Assembly: GCF_023055435.1 (NCBI RefSeq)
Contig: NW_025964354.1
Span: 2,108,001-2,172,000 of the forward strand
Source: Haliotis rufescens
Lineage: Eukaryota
Direction: 5' to 3'
Length of the DNA stretch: 64,000 bases
The position numbers and the translations under genes were made by a program. Position 1 is the first letter of the stretch. Every line of letters starts with the position of its first letter. A model generated the notes under the pieces. The model was not told the origin of the DNA. It did no database searches and saw nothing but the letters and a program-made list of their open reading frames with translations. Shown here one piece after another: positions 1-12,500 of the stretch.

Positions 1-47
1 ATGTTGTACATATGAACTGCTTCACTGCACACAGCCCAGCAGAGCGA

Positions 48-160
48 ACATTCTCGTGTATGCTGTTCAGCAGAACGTACATTCTCGTGTATGGTGTACA
101 GTAGAATGTACATTCTCGTGTATGCTGTACAGTAGAACGTACGTTCTCGTGTATGCTATT
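48..160. repeat. 31-bp tandem repeat at the start of intron 1
   Basis: Unit ACATTCTCGTGTATGCTGTACAGTAGAACGT starts at 48, 79, 110 and 141; one unit fewer at 12669, 27300 and 43283. Confidence 0.85.
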
Positions 161-1030
161 CTTTGGAATGAATCAGATTCCGATCAATCTTTCAATAAAG
201 ATATTCTTTTCGTCTTGTGATCGTTAAACTCTTGCAATAACAACCCGACTAATGTTATATACACCATGCACAGGACTACACAACAAGCAGGCCTCCATGC
301 GTTAACCCTTTAACGTGCAGTACGTGATGTCCTCAGGTTACATGCTTAATTATCCACATCGCTGTTCACAAGGGATTTGTTCTAAACGATCAGTCGATGT
401 GTACATATAACATGTAAGTCATTGGATGTGTCCACGTTCCCCTGTCCTGTGTTATCACCGGCCCATGCAACACACTGTTGGTCATTGTATGTGTAATTCA
501 AGGCATGAAAAGATGCATAGAAATGAGAGGAAGTTAATCCCCCGGCAGTGACACCACATCAGCCCCTCTGTGTACAGGTGATTTCGCGTTAGTATTATTT
601 GTCCAGCAATAATTCAGCAGTTATGTATATATGGCATTCAAGTGAGTACAATGACGCCACCACGGGGTCTTTGGCAGCAATGTAGGTCACAGGTGCAAGC
701 GACGTTCTGACTATTTCCAACCACCAGTCCTGAAACACACCACCAACACGTCAGAGGATACACTATGTCAAGTGAAAAGTACACGTTTAGGGCTACGGCA
801 TTTTACAACAAATAGGTGAGGGGAAATAGGGCTTATCGTCGTGTTAACTTCACTAATATAGCGTTTTACATGCATGTGTTCGTGTGCGTGTGTTCGTGGG
901 TGGGTGGGTGGGGGTGGATTTGTGACGTCACACTGTTGTCCTTGCAGTTGATTCTGCGCCAGGAATATACTAGCCATACGGAACGTGCTTTTTAAAACCG
1001 ACACAACTATAGGTCAAAATGCAAAATAAT

Positions 1031-1194
1031 GCGGTCGGGTAGGCTAGTGGTTAAAGCGTTCGCTCATCACGCCGAAGACCCGGGTTCGATTCCCAGCATG
1101 GGTGCAATGTGTGAAGCTCGGTTCTGGTGTCCCCCGCCATGATATTGCTGGAATGTTGCTAAAAGTGGCGTAAAACCATACTCACTCACTCACT
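1031..1194 (+). mobile_element. SINE family A (tRNA-Asp/Glu-like head, (CTCA)n tail)
   Basis: A box TAGGCTAGTGG, B box GGTTCGATTCC, tail gatattgctggaatgttgctaaaagtggcgtaaaacc followed by ctcactcactcact. Confidence 0.85.
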
Positions 1195-1850
1195 TGCTGT
1201 TGAGTATTAATCCGTTTATTTCATAGTAGAAGAAGTAGAAGAAGAATACGCTGTAAAGATAATAATTTTGAATTGATCACATTTAGAATAACACATTATA
1301 ACATATGTCACAGTGGTCTCACAGATTAAATACAAAACAATGGGACATAACCGATACCTAACTCGTTACATTTAACAAGAAATAAATGATATTACATTGA
1401 TGTCAACCACTTTCACATGTTCAATAGACGTTTTCACTGAGAGGAGCTTATGCTAACTCGATGACCCTAGCAACCTTGTTGCTAGGCTGACGTCACATGG
1501 CACAAATTCCACAAATTAAGTCATCGGGTATTTTGACGTCATTGTAAACTTTGAGCTGGAAGGCCCATTCCACAAGGCGATCGTACTGTAGCTCAACGAC
1601 AGTCGTTGGTCTAAGTTAAAGTGTGTGATTTGTGGTAACCTTAATGCAACTATAATTTTGTGGAACGGACGCCTGAATTCTAAAGGTGGGCCATTGTAAG
1701 GTATTAAATTCATACCTTTCAACGTTTGACGTGTTTGAAGTATCATTGTGTAAAATTTAATTGGATTATACCGTGGATAGTGTAGGTGTCAGCCTATTCA
1801 CACTAAACAGTTTAATTCTAAAAACGTTATGAATGGCAAGTAATAAATAA

Positions 1851-1992
1851 AATACTAAACTCGCTACCGTGTAAAACCAATTTTATGAAACTCGTGAATA
1901 GTTGTGGTATCCGACTCGCTTTCGTTCGCCAGATACCACAACTATTCACTCGTTTCATAAAATTGGTATTACACGGGAGCTCGTTAAGTATT
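1851..1992. mobile_element. Hairpin MITE-like element (copy 1 only)
   Basis: 45-bp core arms 1867-1911 and 1932-1976 with 3 mismatches and a 20-nt loop, inside a ~550-bp segment absent from copies 2-4. Confidence 0.6.
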
Positions 1993-2591
1993 CTATATAT
2001 ATATAATAATAAACATTCTATGCCATAATGACATTGGACCTTTCTAGAAACAATATACATGCTAATCTCATGACTACTCTCTTAAGTACAACCCCTCATC
2101 ATTAGCTCTCAAAACGCGATGGAAGCCGTACGACACAACGAGGTACATTCTCATTGAAACAGATGTTCCAGTCAGCAAAGCAATCCTCAATATCATTAAT
2201 AAGATTCCCACTAACATGGAATACATGTGTTATTCATTAACCTGGCCTAAACAAAGAACAGGTAAGAGAGAATACCATGAATAACACCGTTGTCAACTAA
2301 ACTGTATAACACAAACAAGAAAAGGTTTTGTGCAAATTCTATTGAATTTTTATATAAAAATAAAATACAACTTGAAAACATCCATAAAGTCCTCAATGTT
2401 GCAGATAAACAGTGTTTGCATGTATAGCAGGACCCACCTGCACAGAGCATGCTTACATGAGATTGTGCAGACTCGTCCGTAATATTTCACGTGCTCATTC
2501 TCAAATTGCACTTACATAGGTTTTAAACTTATTTAAAACGTTAGGGTGTCTGTGTTGAATATGTTGAAAAGTCTAGTTTTTCTTGTCGCAG

Positions 2592-5500
2592 ATGGTGAGA
2601 GTGTCATCGTTAGAGAGACGGAAACGGCCTGATTCAGGTGGCAGGTGCCACGAGGGGCATCTGTCATTGCAATGTATGTACTAAACCCAAATGGAACCGG
2701 CGTCCTACTCGCTAACACAGCAAACCGGCACCTTGTTCTTCCTTTATATGAAGCCCGTGTCAACTTCAGTGGGAACTTGTCGGCAGGGCTTGTGATGTTT
2801 GATATGAGCAATGTCAGCGGATCTGATGCTGGGACGTACACGTGTGGTAACGGAGGAGTGACTCGTATCATTCCGAACTGTGGACAGACGCTCATTGTTC
2901 TAGGTGAGTGTATATCAATGCAATTCAACTTTTAGCCCAATATTTCCATCCTCAGGTGCTGAGAGTCAAACTACAGCCATCGCCTCCCCTGGAGATAACA
3001 GTACAATCAGCTTCATCATCCCACAAGGTGGTCTTGGGACAGGATCGTCATTCTACTTTGTTACACCAAGTGGTGTGATAGCCTTTATTGTATTCTCATC
3101 GGGAACATTTGTCGCCACAAATCCTTACAAAGATAGAGTAGTGTTTGAAGGCAGCTATTCCTCTAGGAACATCACATTTGTGCTGCAGAATATATCAAGA
3201 TCGGATGCTGGGCAGTATACATGTGGCATTGGGGGTGCTTCTAGTCTGATAGAGGGCTGTGGCTTGAAACTTATTGTCATTGGTATGTCGTTTGCAATTT
3301 GATAAGTGAATATATCTTCGTGTTATTAATCCATGATCATCAGCGAGGTAAAGGACAAATGCACAGGCATAATTCCACACACAACATCAATGTGACAGCA
3401 TCAAATCATATATAGTTATTCAGAGAGTATTATTATAAAGAATCCAATTCTTGACGAAAGCCCAAAATGAAATAAGGATGAACCGTCATCACGTGTGGCA
3501 TGGCTCATTATATTTAATCACCTGATGGCTTGAGTACAACTGGCTTGCCTGGCACAGACTCGAGTATTCACAGGCCGACTTGATATACCTTGAAACAACA
3601 TTTACTCAGTCATTCTCATATTTAAAAAATAGAGCACCGACAACCATTCCAAGTCGCCGTGAATACCTGTAAGATTGTTGAAGCGGCGTTTGGCAATATT
3701 CTCTCATCATTCCAGGTGAGCCGACCAAGCCAGTCATATCACTGCAATCTACTCCCGTGGTTGGCAGGAACGTCACGATGACGTGCTCATCTACATCTAC
3801 AACACTGCCTGCAGATCATGGACTGACCTTCACCTACACCTGGAAGATAGATGGTCTCAACATTACCTCGCCAGATGGCGCTAGTCTAACAGTTCCGGTT
3901 GAAAGTCATGACCAACCAGGTGTCACCTGTCACGTGACAGAGGATAAGGGCCTGGGAAGAGACAGTGACGTTCTGATGTTAACTCCTGACTGTAAGTATA
4001 TAACTATAGATTAACTGATACTGATCTGCATGTGGTGGTGGTACTTCTTGTTAGACAGTGTAACCACAGTGGAATGTCTACAACTTTGAACTGCATACAA
4101 ATGGTGTACTGCCAAGGTTACCATCACTCTGAACAATATTTCGATTGAATTAAGCTGAACAAAGATGGATTATACTTTTCCTAACTTGCCCGTACAGCAC
4201 AAAGTGGAAGGTTCATAATGTATATATAAATACTCAGTAGTGAAATATTACTTGCTAAACAAAAGTAATAAATATCCTTAATGATGAATATGCTATTTGG
4301 AAGGCACATGTCAAGTTACTTTTTATAAATAGACTACTGCACGTGTGTGTTGGGAAAGTCTTGCTTGGTTTGTAATATATATAAAACAAGGCTTTGTGTT
4401 TGAATTGATCATAGTGTCACACTATATATCCTTGATGATACGAATGAAAAGTTACGAAGAAGGTATTCAGTATTGAGTTTTATTTCTAATTATTTGACTT
4501 TACAATCGAATTGCAATAACTTTTGTTTACATAACTAAAAGCCAAGTTTTGGCGTTTGAATTGATTCGTAGCACTGATCTTACAGATCCTCCGTACAATG
4601 CCAGCATCTCGTCAACATCTGTACAAGTCAAGGAGGCTGACGTCGTACCCCAGGTCACGTGTGTCAGCACGTGTCGACCTGCATGCTCACATTCCTGGAA
4701 ACAAGGATCTCAGACAGTCGTGACTGGACAGGTCCTCACTCTTGGAGCAGCAAACAAGACCATGGCTGGCAGCTACGTGTGCAAGGCGACAAACGTATAT
4801 GGCACAATACAGAGTCCTGCTGTTTCACTTGATGTCCAATGTGCGTATGGCTGTATTTCATGTTAGAGTAAACCATGCTTGTGATAAGAGGCGACGAACG
4901 ATATCATGAGCATCAATTCACGGCAATTGTGATAACGTGAGTGAGTGAGTAAGTGAGTGTGGTTTTACGCCGCTTTTAGCAATATTCCAGCAATATCACG
5001 ACGGGGGACACCAGAAATGGGCTTCACACATTGTACCCATGTCGGGAATCGAACCCGGGTCTTTGGTGTGACCACTAGGCTACCCCACCGCCCCCAAATT
5101 TACTTGAGACATCATATATATTTACAGAGATGGTTTGCATATTTCAGCGTCTTCACTGTTGTATAGTCCTATTTTATCTAAAATGAAGTGAAGATACTTA
5201 TCACAATGTTTCTTAGTTTGCATAATTAAGACAAGTCGCATTACAACTAAGACGGAAGGTATAATTTAAATCCGCCTTTCACTCTTCAGATAAACCATCT
5301 GCAGTTTTAATGGCTAATGGTCAGTCCAATGCAACTGAAGTTGACGAAAGAGGCTCTGTGGTTCTGTCATGTGCAGTAGACAGTAATCCTTTCTCCAGCA
5401 TATCCATCATGAACGGCACTATTCGACTGAACCATGTGACAGAGGCAGCCGACGTCAGCTTCAACTGGACTGGAGCTGATTGTCTTGACGGCAGCGTCTA

Positions 5501-8459
5501 CACGTGTCTTGCAAGGAACATAGTTGGTGAAACGACAGCATCAGTAACAGTAAATATAAAATGTAGGTACCTTGATGAGGTATCTACCCGAGATATTCTT
5601 ACACCTATTGATATATTCTACCGGCACGTATATTACCTGGAAGAAGTATGGTCAATACTGACTGAAAATATTATTGGAAGTTAGAAGGTGATATGTTGAC
5701 TCATATCCTCATACTGACTTGTCAAGAAGCAATGTATTTGACAAGAAGTACGACTTTTCGATAAAGAAACTGCATTGATGATTCATCATGTATAAAACTA
5801 TAAAGTCACTGTCATTGCAATAAAATACTTGACAAAGAAATATTTTCAATGCAGGGAGAAACACGTGAAAAGAAATACTTTATACATTGAAGGTTCCCCG
5901 CGGCTCAATTTCCAATACCCCACAGGGAGGGACGTGTATGTTGACATAGGACAGCCAATCAGATTACAGGTGTACATCCTGGCCTTTCCACAACCGACCT
6001 TCACCTGGTTTAAACAGAATGGAGGTAGTGCAGAACCTGTCGACCTGTCAAAATGGCGCCAGTATGACGAGGCCATGACGTCATATATTGTCACAGATAT
6101 TGTTGAAGAGACGGATTATGGAGTGTATTATGTAAACGTCACAAACACACTTGGAAGGTTCCGAATGCAATTTCAACTTGGAGAGAAAGGTAGGTTTGAA
6201 TGAAATAATTGAACTCGCCTTTTACTTGCAAAATAAGTAGTTTTACGGAAACACTATTATAGGAACTTTATGAAGGTATGTTATTGTTTGTAAAGCAAAA
6301 CAATTTGATTGATAACACACACATGTACACATCCTTAGAGTGATTGTTTTCTTGTGATCATATCATGAAACTCTACGTCGTTTCCTTGTTCAATCTATAC
6401 TATGTCCCTCATCACATACAGCAACGCTTTCTGTACCGGAGAACTTCCAGTGTCAAAACAAAGCCGGCAGCTACATCCTTCAGTGGACACCGGGTGGTGA
6501 TGATGAGACAAGAGGCGTAGGGTTCCTGGTGGAACAAAGACTGCCACAGGCTAACTGGACCACAGTCTCCGCCACTGTTGCAAGTGATGGTATGATGAGA
6601 CATGTGCAGCTGCCTGAGTCTGGAGACAGGACCGTCTTCTTCAGGCTCTATGCTGCAGAGGGCGCTGCAAGGACGTCACCAGTGACAGCATCATGTACAA
6701 CAGTCACTGTTGCAGTGGACAATGGTATGTCAAACCGATAATGATTTTAGCGGTTCGTCGTTTGAGTTTTTTGGTGCTCACGTTTATAACGTCTCCAATA
6801 AACGTATTCTTAATTAGAAAAAGAAAAGATGATCATTAAGCTTGAAGTTTTCATTTTCTTCCATGGTTGGAGAATACAATGAGGCAGGTTAAATGTGATG
6901 CACTTCAAGACAGACCAAAGGTCTAAGCAAAAATATATAATTTCTCTAACGTGGGCGTTCGGATATCATATTTCTACTCGATGACTTTGTTTTGATAGAT
7001 GAAGTTATCCAAACTAACATCTCTTTCTCTGTGTTCAGGTGAGCTATCGTTCGGAGCAGGAGTGGGCGTTGGCCTTGTTGTTGCAGTAGCTGTTGTAGCA
7101 GTGTCCCTGGCTGTTGTTTGCATCTGCAGGAAGAAGTGCCTGTCATTGAAGAATGGTATGAAAACACAATGTGCATGGCTTATCAGGATAGGAGATGTTT
7201 GTCTCCCCTTAGACAAATCACTAGCTCATTTTATATTGCCATATGATATGAATGACGCTAAGACGTCTCTCGGAAATAAACACCTCCATTATAAACATGA
7301 AAATATTTGCAAAATAGCTGTCGACCTGCATTTTTAGTAGGCCTATGTATTTAATTATTTTGTAAGGAGCAGTTAGAATGATATGAAACAGAAAATGTAA
7401 ACATGAGCTGCACCACACTGTTAATACACTATTGATGACTGGGATGATTTGATCACGCAATAATTGTTACGAACATGACACGGGTACAAGCTGTTATAGT
7501 GTGGGAGATATGTGTTTCCAGATCCGTCGAGGCAGAAAGAAGAGGAGTCTGTGTAAGTACTTGTGGCTCTTGCTATACTTAACTAAGTGAGAACTGAAAC
7601 ATGTTGTTGCTGAATTGAAAGCAGAACAGATGTGTAGATCATTGTACCCTGTTATTACTGTATCAGTATAGACTATATCACTTGTGATAAAACGTAATTC
7701 GCAGTGGAAAGTTAATTCATGTTATATGGACACACACAATAGAATATCCTGCAATGTGACGCTACTGTTTCTATACAGATATCATGAGGTAGCTGCATCT
7801 ACCGTGACAACTCAGCACAGTCGCCAGCAACATCGTCAGTCGGGTAAAACAAGGATTATAGACTGGACATTAGTCACATTGCTGGACCCGAAAAAAACAA
7901 TATTGACTGTGGAAGAAGACGGTGGTCGATGTTGTTTTGTTTACCATAAAGCATTTAGTGGCCTAAAATATGATTGTTTTTATGTAAGAAAGCGACAAAG
8001 GCAGATTCAAAATAGAATGACACGAGATCGCTCCTTGGCGAATGAAATGGCGGAATTTCAAGTACATAAAGAAAAGAGGTATATATCCAATCCTTATCAA
8101 CCAATGCTAGGATTCAATGCGAATGTTTCAACCTGGTTATTGACGATCGTTTCAGTGATATGCAGGTCGTATGTCCTTGTTTCATAAAATATTAAGGTCA
8201 CAAGGAGGATTAAGATTGATTACCCACCACTAGTATTTATTGCGAGCTCAATCTTGTCACAAATAGGTTTCCTGTGCATGGTTTGTACAGGGGCGACCAC
8301 AGGCTGATGTGTAATAATATCATTACAGGCGCGGGGACATCTGGCAGCACTTACGACGCCCTCACATCTGACAGGGACACGCCAACTGAAGCACCAACTT
8401 ACGAGAAACTAGAGAAACAGTACGTGAACATGGCGGTGTCTGCTAATGATGAGACCTAA
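2592..8459 (+). CDS. IgSF receptor paralogue 1 (5'-partial; nonsense codon in V1, otherwise open)
   Basis: Exons: V1 2592-2903 (TGA at 2630-2632 where other copies have AGA), V2 2956-3282, Ig3 3716-3991, Ig4 4586-4840, Ig5 5290-5562, Ig6 5893-6189, FnIII 6422-6724, TM 7039-7155, cyt1 7522-7552, cyt2 7779-7843, cyt3 8329-8459. All AG/GT-bounded and in phase. Position 1 corresponds to sequence ~30 nt after the leader donor in other copies, so the leader is just outside the window. Confidence 0.75.
4937..5095 (-). mobile_element. SINE family A in the Ig4-Ig5 intron
   Basis: (GTGA)n, body and reverse B/A boxes. Equivalent copies at 19098-19258, 33490-33651 and 49291-49454; TSD-like caaatttacttga. 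Confidence 0.85.
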
Positions 8460-9774
8460 CTGCAAAGACCAAATTGTGTACAGTGTACGAAGGTCAAAGC
8501 AGCACATTCACATGTCTCGTTATACGTCTTCCATGAGGTCTTGGCTTACATCAGTGGGTTGGCTCTATCTTTCCATTTGAAAACGTCTGAGACGCAATCA
8601 TTCGAAGTGCCGAGTTGCGTCCCGTAGGTGTGCCAGACGTGATCGTGTGTCTCTCAGATTCGTTGTGGTTACCCTTCGTAGCTTTTCCGCACGTACCTCT
8701 GATCATGGGTTTCTTCAAATCAGTTTTCCTGCTGCACCAAGCGTTGACGCCATATCTATAACTGAAGATTTCCTACACAGCTGCCTTAAACTCCTTACCC
8801 AATAAGAGCTACTGATTTCAGAGATGTACATTGTTTCACCAAAGCAATCTCATTTTCAGAAACTTATACATATTTACATGTATATACATATACATATTTT
8901 TAAAGACAGCTCATGAGAGATTATGTATTCTCTGAGGATGGTTAGATATAGCTGTAGTCACTAAAGCACTGTGCAGTAGGGACAATACGGCGGGCTTCAC
9001 AAAGACACATGCCACGACATAGTATACACATGAAGCCTCATAGTAGACTTGACGTACGTATGAAGCGTTAACTTATTTTCCAATCTCGTGTGCGGAATTA
9101 TCGTTATGATATTGAGGGGCAGCATTACCCAATCGTCACTCAGTTCTCTATGTACATCTGCATTTCTTGGGTGTACGCTCAAAATATAAATATGATTTTG
9201 AAAAAGTACATTATTATCAGTCTTACTTCTTTCATTTGGAGCCTCTTGATATCCGTTAGCTGTTGCGACAAGAAGATTATGATAATACATGACACCAGCT
9301 GTGACAATGATGACATGGGTTTTTCCCCAAAATGCAATAGGCACTGTGTGTATCTTCTGGAGAAAACTGTTGTTTCCATGATTGCCTGCATCGTCAAGCG
9401 GAATGTCAGGGGTATCAAAAGATAATAAAATGATAGAACTCGTTGTTACACTGCCTGGCACTCGGCAGTAAGGAGATACAGTACAATGTGTCTGAGTTGG
9501 GTATCTCTTCACACCATTACTGTATAACTGGCATAAGTCTAGACTCGAACAAGCAGCGACACATACACATACATCCACGTCGCTTTGCAGTGCAATGATA
9601 ATGAAAGTCTTTTCAAACCCCATTTCATCTCCCCTTTGTTTGGCAACGATCGCAGTTTTAACAGCTGGTTATTTATCATATAGTCTTCTCGAGGTTTGAC
9701 AAGACAGACCATTTGAAAAAAAGTGTTAATCTCTGTTACAAATCTAAAAAATTACTATATAAACTATGTACTTG

Positions 9775-9780
9775 AATAAA
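9775..9780 (+). terminator. Candidate polyadenylation signal AATAAA, copy 1
   Basis: Followed by GT-rich tract (gagttgtttgttcc). Homologous AATAAA at 24227-24232 and 39454-39459; AATAGA in copy 4 (55827-55832). Confidence 0.45.
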
Positions 9781-12430
9781 TATGTCAATTGTCAAGCAGA
9801 CTGAGTTGTTTGTTCCTCACATTCAGCAGTGTTAAATTCGCACATGCAACGCAAGGCTCATGTGAACGTGACGGCCTTGAAGCTTCTTTATTCTTCAGGG
9901 AAAGTGAGTGTTATGTTTTTATGCCACTTTCAGCTATATTCCAGCAATGATGAATGACTTATACATGTACAAATTCTCCAGCCCCAAAGCTGGAAACATA
10001 AAGAATTTCACCGAAGTGTCTCTGATATCAAATATATCAACACAATTCTTACAAGAGAAAAAATTCCAAGGCTTGAGCGATGATAAAGACAGGAGGTATT
10101 TATCATCCAAATTCACAGTCATGGTATGAGACAATAGATCCATTGAGTTCATTATGTTCATTATGAAAAACACACAGAATATATTAACTAGAGTTCAATA
10201 TAATTATTTAAATAGTATCTACAGGTTTCCAGATCATCTATGCACAGAACAGAATCAGAATTTATCACATTATTAACCATTCACCCAGTGATTATACACA
10301 ATGATAAATAACATATACATGTATATGTACAAATATTACATATATTTTCCAGTATCCTTACATAACATTCCCCCAAGACTGGAAACATAAAGAATCTCAC
10401 CGGAGTGTCTTTTGACATCAAATATATCAACACGGGTCTTTAAAGTGTAAAATTCCAGAATTGAGTGATGGTAAAGACAGGTGGGTGAGATTTTATTTAT
10501 CATCCAAAATCATTCTTCAATCTTTTACATTTTGTAAACAGTAATAATTAACTAGTGTCTTGAATGTTAAAAATACAGTAAACCATCTTCAGTAGCAGAG
10601 AGTATTGATGTCATTTGATTGTGATGTCCATGTAACTGAAGATTTTACAATAGTCTGTTTTGAAAAATGTACATACAAGATCAAATATGCACTCAACCCT
10701 CCTTGGTTAAACAATCATTTGATCAACATAAAACAAACAAATGTGTCATGATTTATGTTTATTTGAGTCGTATCAAGACTCTTTTGCTTAACAATAACTA
10801 TTTCAGTCAACATTGTCATACAATGAAGCAAATATATTCCACTGTGAGTATTGAACTTTCCACAATAATGTTTGCGCTAATCGAAAGAGAGGATCAAGTG
10901 TATATGACACCAAATTAAAAATGCATTATCGGCCATACGACGTTTGCTAACTGCGTCCGATGACTTTAATGGTAGTGTAGCCGGATGGTGGTGCTAACTC
11001 TGAATGAGTTATAGCCACATAAGTACCACCCACTTATAACCCCCTAGTATTTATTCTATACATAAATACATATATACATACATATATACATGTTCATCTA
11101 TTATCACCATCACATCATTCTGTGTTCATTATATGTTGTCCTTGTCTGCAGTTGAATGTCAGCCAACTAACATCAACCCTGATACCCTTATGCAGCCTCT
11201 GTGATTTCTCCAGCTTCACCTGGACTTGTTATACAATGTTTCATCAAAGTGCTATTATTTACAAAGGAAACGTTAAGAGGTTGTGATCAGTGAATTATCT
11301 TGTGTTCCCAATATCGAAGTATGGAACATTCTGATAATAGACTACATGTATAACACGATTGTGTATAAGACTTGCTATTCAGTCAGTGACAAGGAGTTAC
11401 ATGTAACGTGATCAGCGTGACGCCAGAGAGTATTCGTCAAGTTCCCAGTGAGACAAATTCATTAATCGGTACAAAGCAATGAATAGTGCAGCAACTTGAC
11501 ATATATACTTAATGATTGCCGTCAAAAAGTTATCGCCTTGTAGCAGGCTGTATAAATTAAATTTGTCAAACTATCCTTTCGTCTACGTTCAAGTATGGCC
11601 CATGCGAGAACATTATTTTCTAAGTATCTAAGTATGAGAATGTTCGTGACCCAAATTGACTCTTTCACCCTTTTGTACTCTTATTAGCTACATCCCAGAA
11701 GAAGGAATTGCTCATAGCTGGGAAATATTTGCTGAAAACCTAAAAAAATATGCATTTTGTTAATTTATACATTTTAGTCTTAATTATGCATTTAGTGCTT
11801 TTCATTAGTCCCACTTGTTAAAATGAAATGAACAAAGTTCACATCAATATTAACTCATCTGGTAACATTCATGGTTATGAATTGTTTGACAGGCATTACT
11901 TAGAAGCTGACGGATGACAAAGTAGACACAATTTGTTAAGGCGGCGTTTCGGTATAGATCCTTGTTTCGTTTTCAAGTTTAAATGTTTGCCTAATGTCTC
12001 ATATTATGCATATTCACAGTCAGAAAGAGCCCTTATTCCACCTTATGCGTTGATGCCATTGCAAAGACTATTGTGATCATGAAGTCATATTGTCAAGTGA
12101 CCCGGTCAATTAAGACAATGAACAGAGTTACGTCCCATAGTCGTCCCAGGATCCTAAATTCTCTCTGATTACGATTATTGTTCTGTCAGCACAACATCCT
12201 TGCTCGCTGGTTTCACAACAATCAATCTTTGCTCTTTCTCGCTCATTAAGCTGACACAGTGTAATACAACCTGAATACTGCTTAAAGCCCCTTTAAACCA
12301 ACTCTCTAACACCAAGGCACAATAATGTACACAACGACCGCCTTAACATGACATAGATATTAATGCGTGGTTGACGGGTATATATGTGTTGTTGCTTTGT
12401 GTCACAGTAACACTTACCCCTGTACACACC

Positions 12431-12500
12431 ACCCGGAAGTTGAAAGGCTCACCTGAAGTAGATATACCCGACTACATACCAACATGTGTATATGTCAGTT
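12431..12500 (+). promoter_or_regulatory. Putative TATA-less promoter: ETS site CCGGAAGT (12433-12440) and Inr-like TCAGTT (12495-12500)
   Basis: About 100 and 40 nt upstream of the leader ATG; both motifs kept upstream of 27168 and 43151. Motif match only. Confidence 0.4.

Noticed and set aside
48-160. 31-bp repeats (and the 14-bp motifs near 61300) as a CRISPR array
   Set aside because: Units are contiguous or irregular with no unique constant-length spacers, there are no cas genes, and the context is a eukaryotic intron or transposon.
1031-1105. tRNA genes at the A/B-box sequences
   Set aside because: No proper cloverleaf; each continues into a SINE body and tail, and several have TSDs and empty paralogous sites.
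2561-2591. MLKSLVFLVA as the signal peptide directly upstream of V1
   Set aside because: Only 10 codons, overlaps the polypyrimidine tract, and the ATG is lost in copy 4. A better leader exon exists at 12537, 27168 and 43151.
2630-2632. TGA as selenocysteine or programmed readthrough
   Set aside because: It aligns to Arg (AGA) in three paralogues, not to Cys, and no SECIS was recognised.
4065-4105. CACAGTG as a RAG recombination signal
   Set aside because: No nonamer at 12 or 23 nt, it lies after Ig3 rather than a V exon, and it is not kept in copy 3. There is no evidence for somatic rearrangement.
8997-9623. 208-aa minus-strand ORF (and 55153-55623) as genes
   Set aside because: Antisense to the 3' UTR region, the frame is broken in the paralogous units, and no motifs are recognisable.
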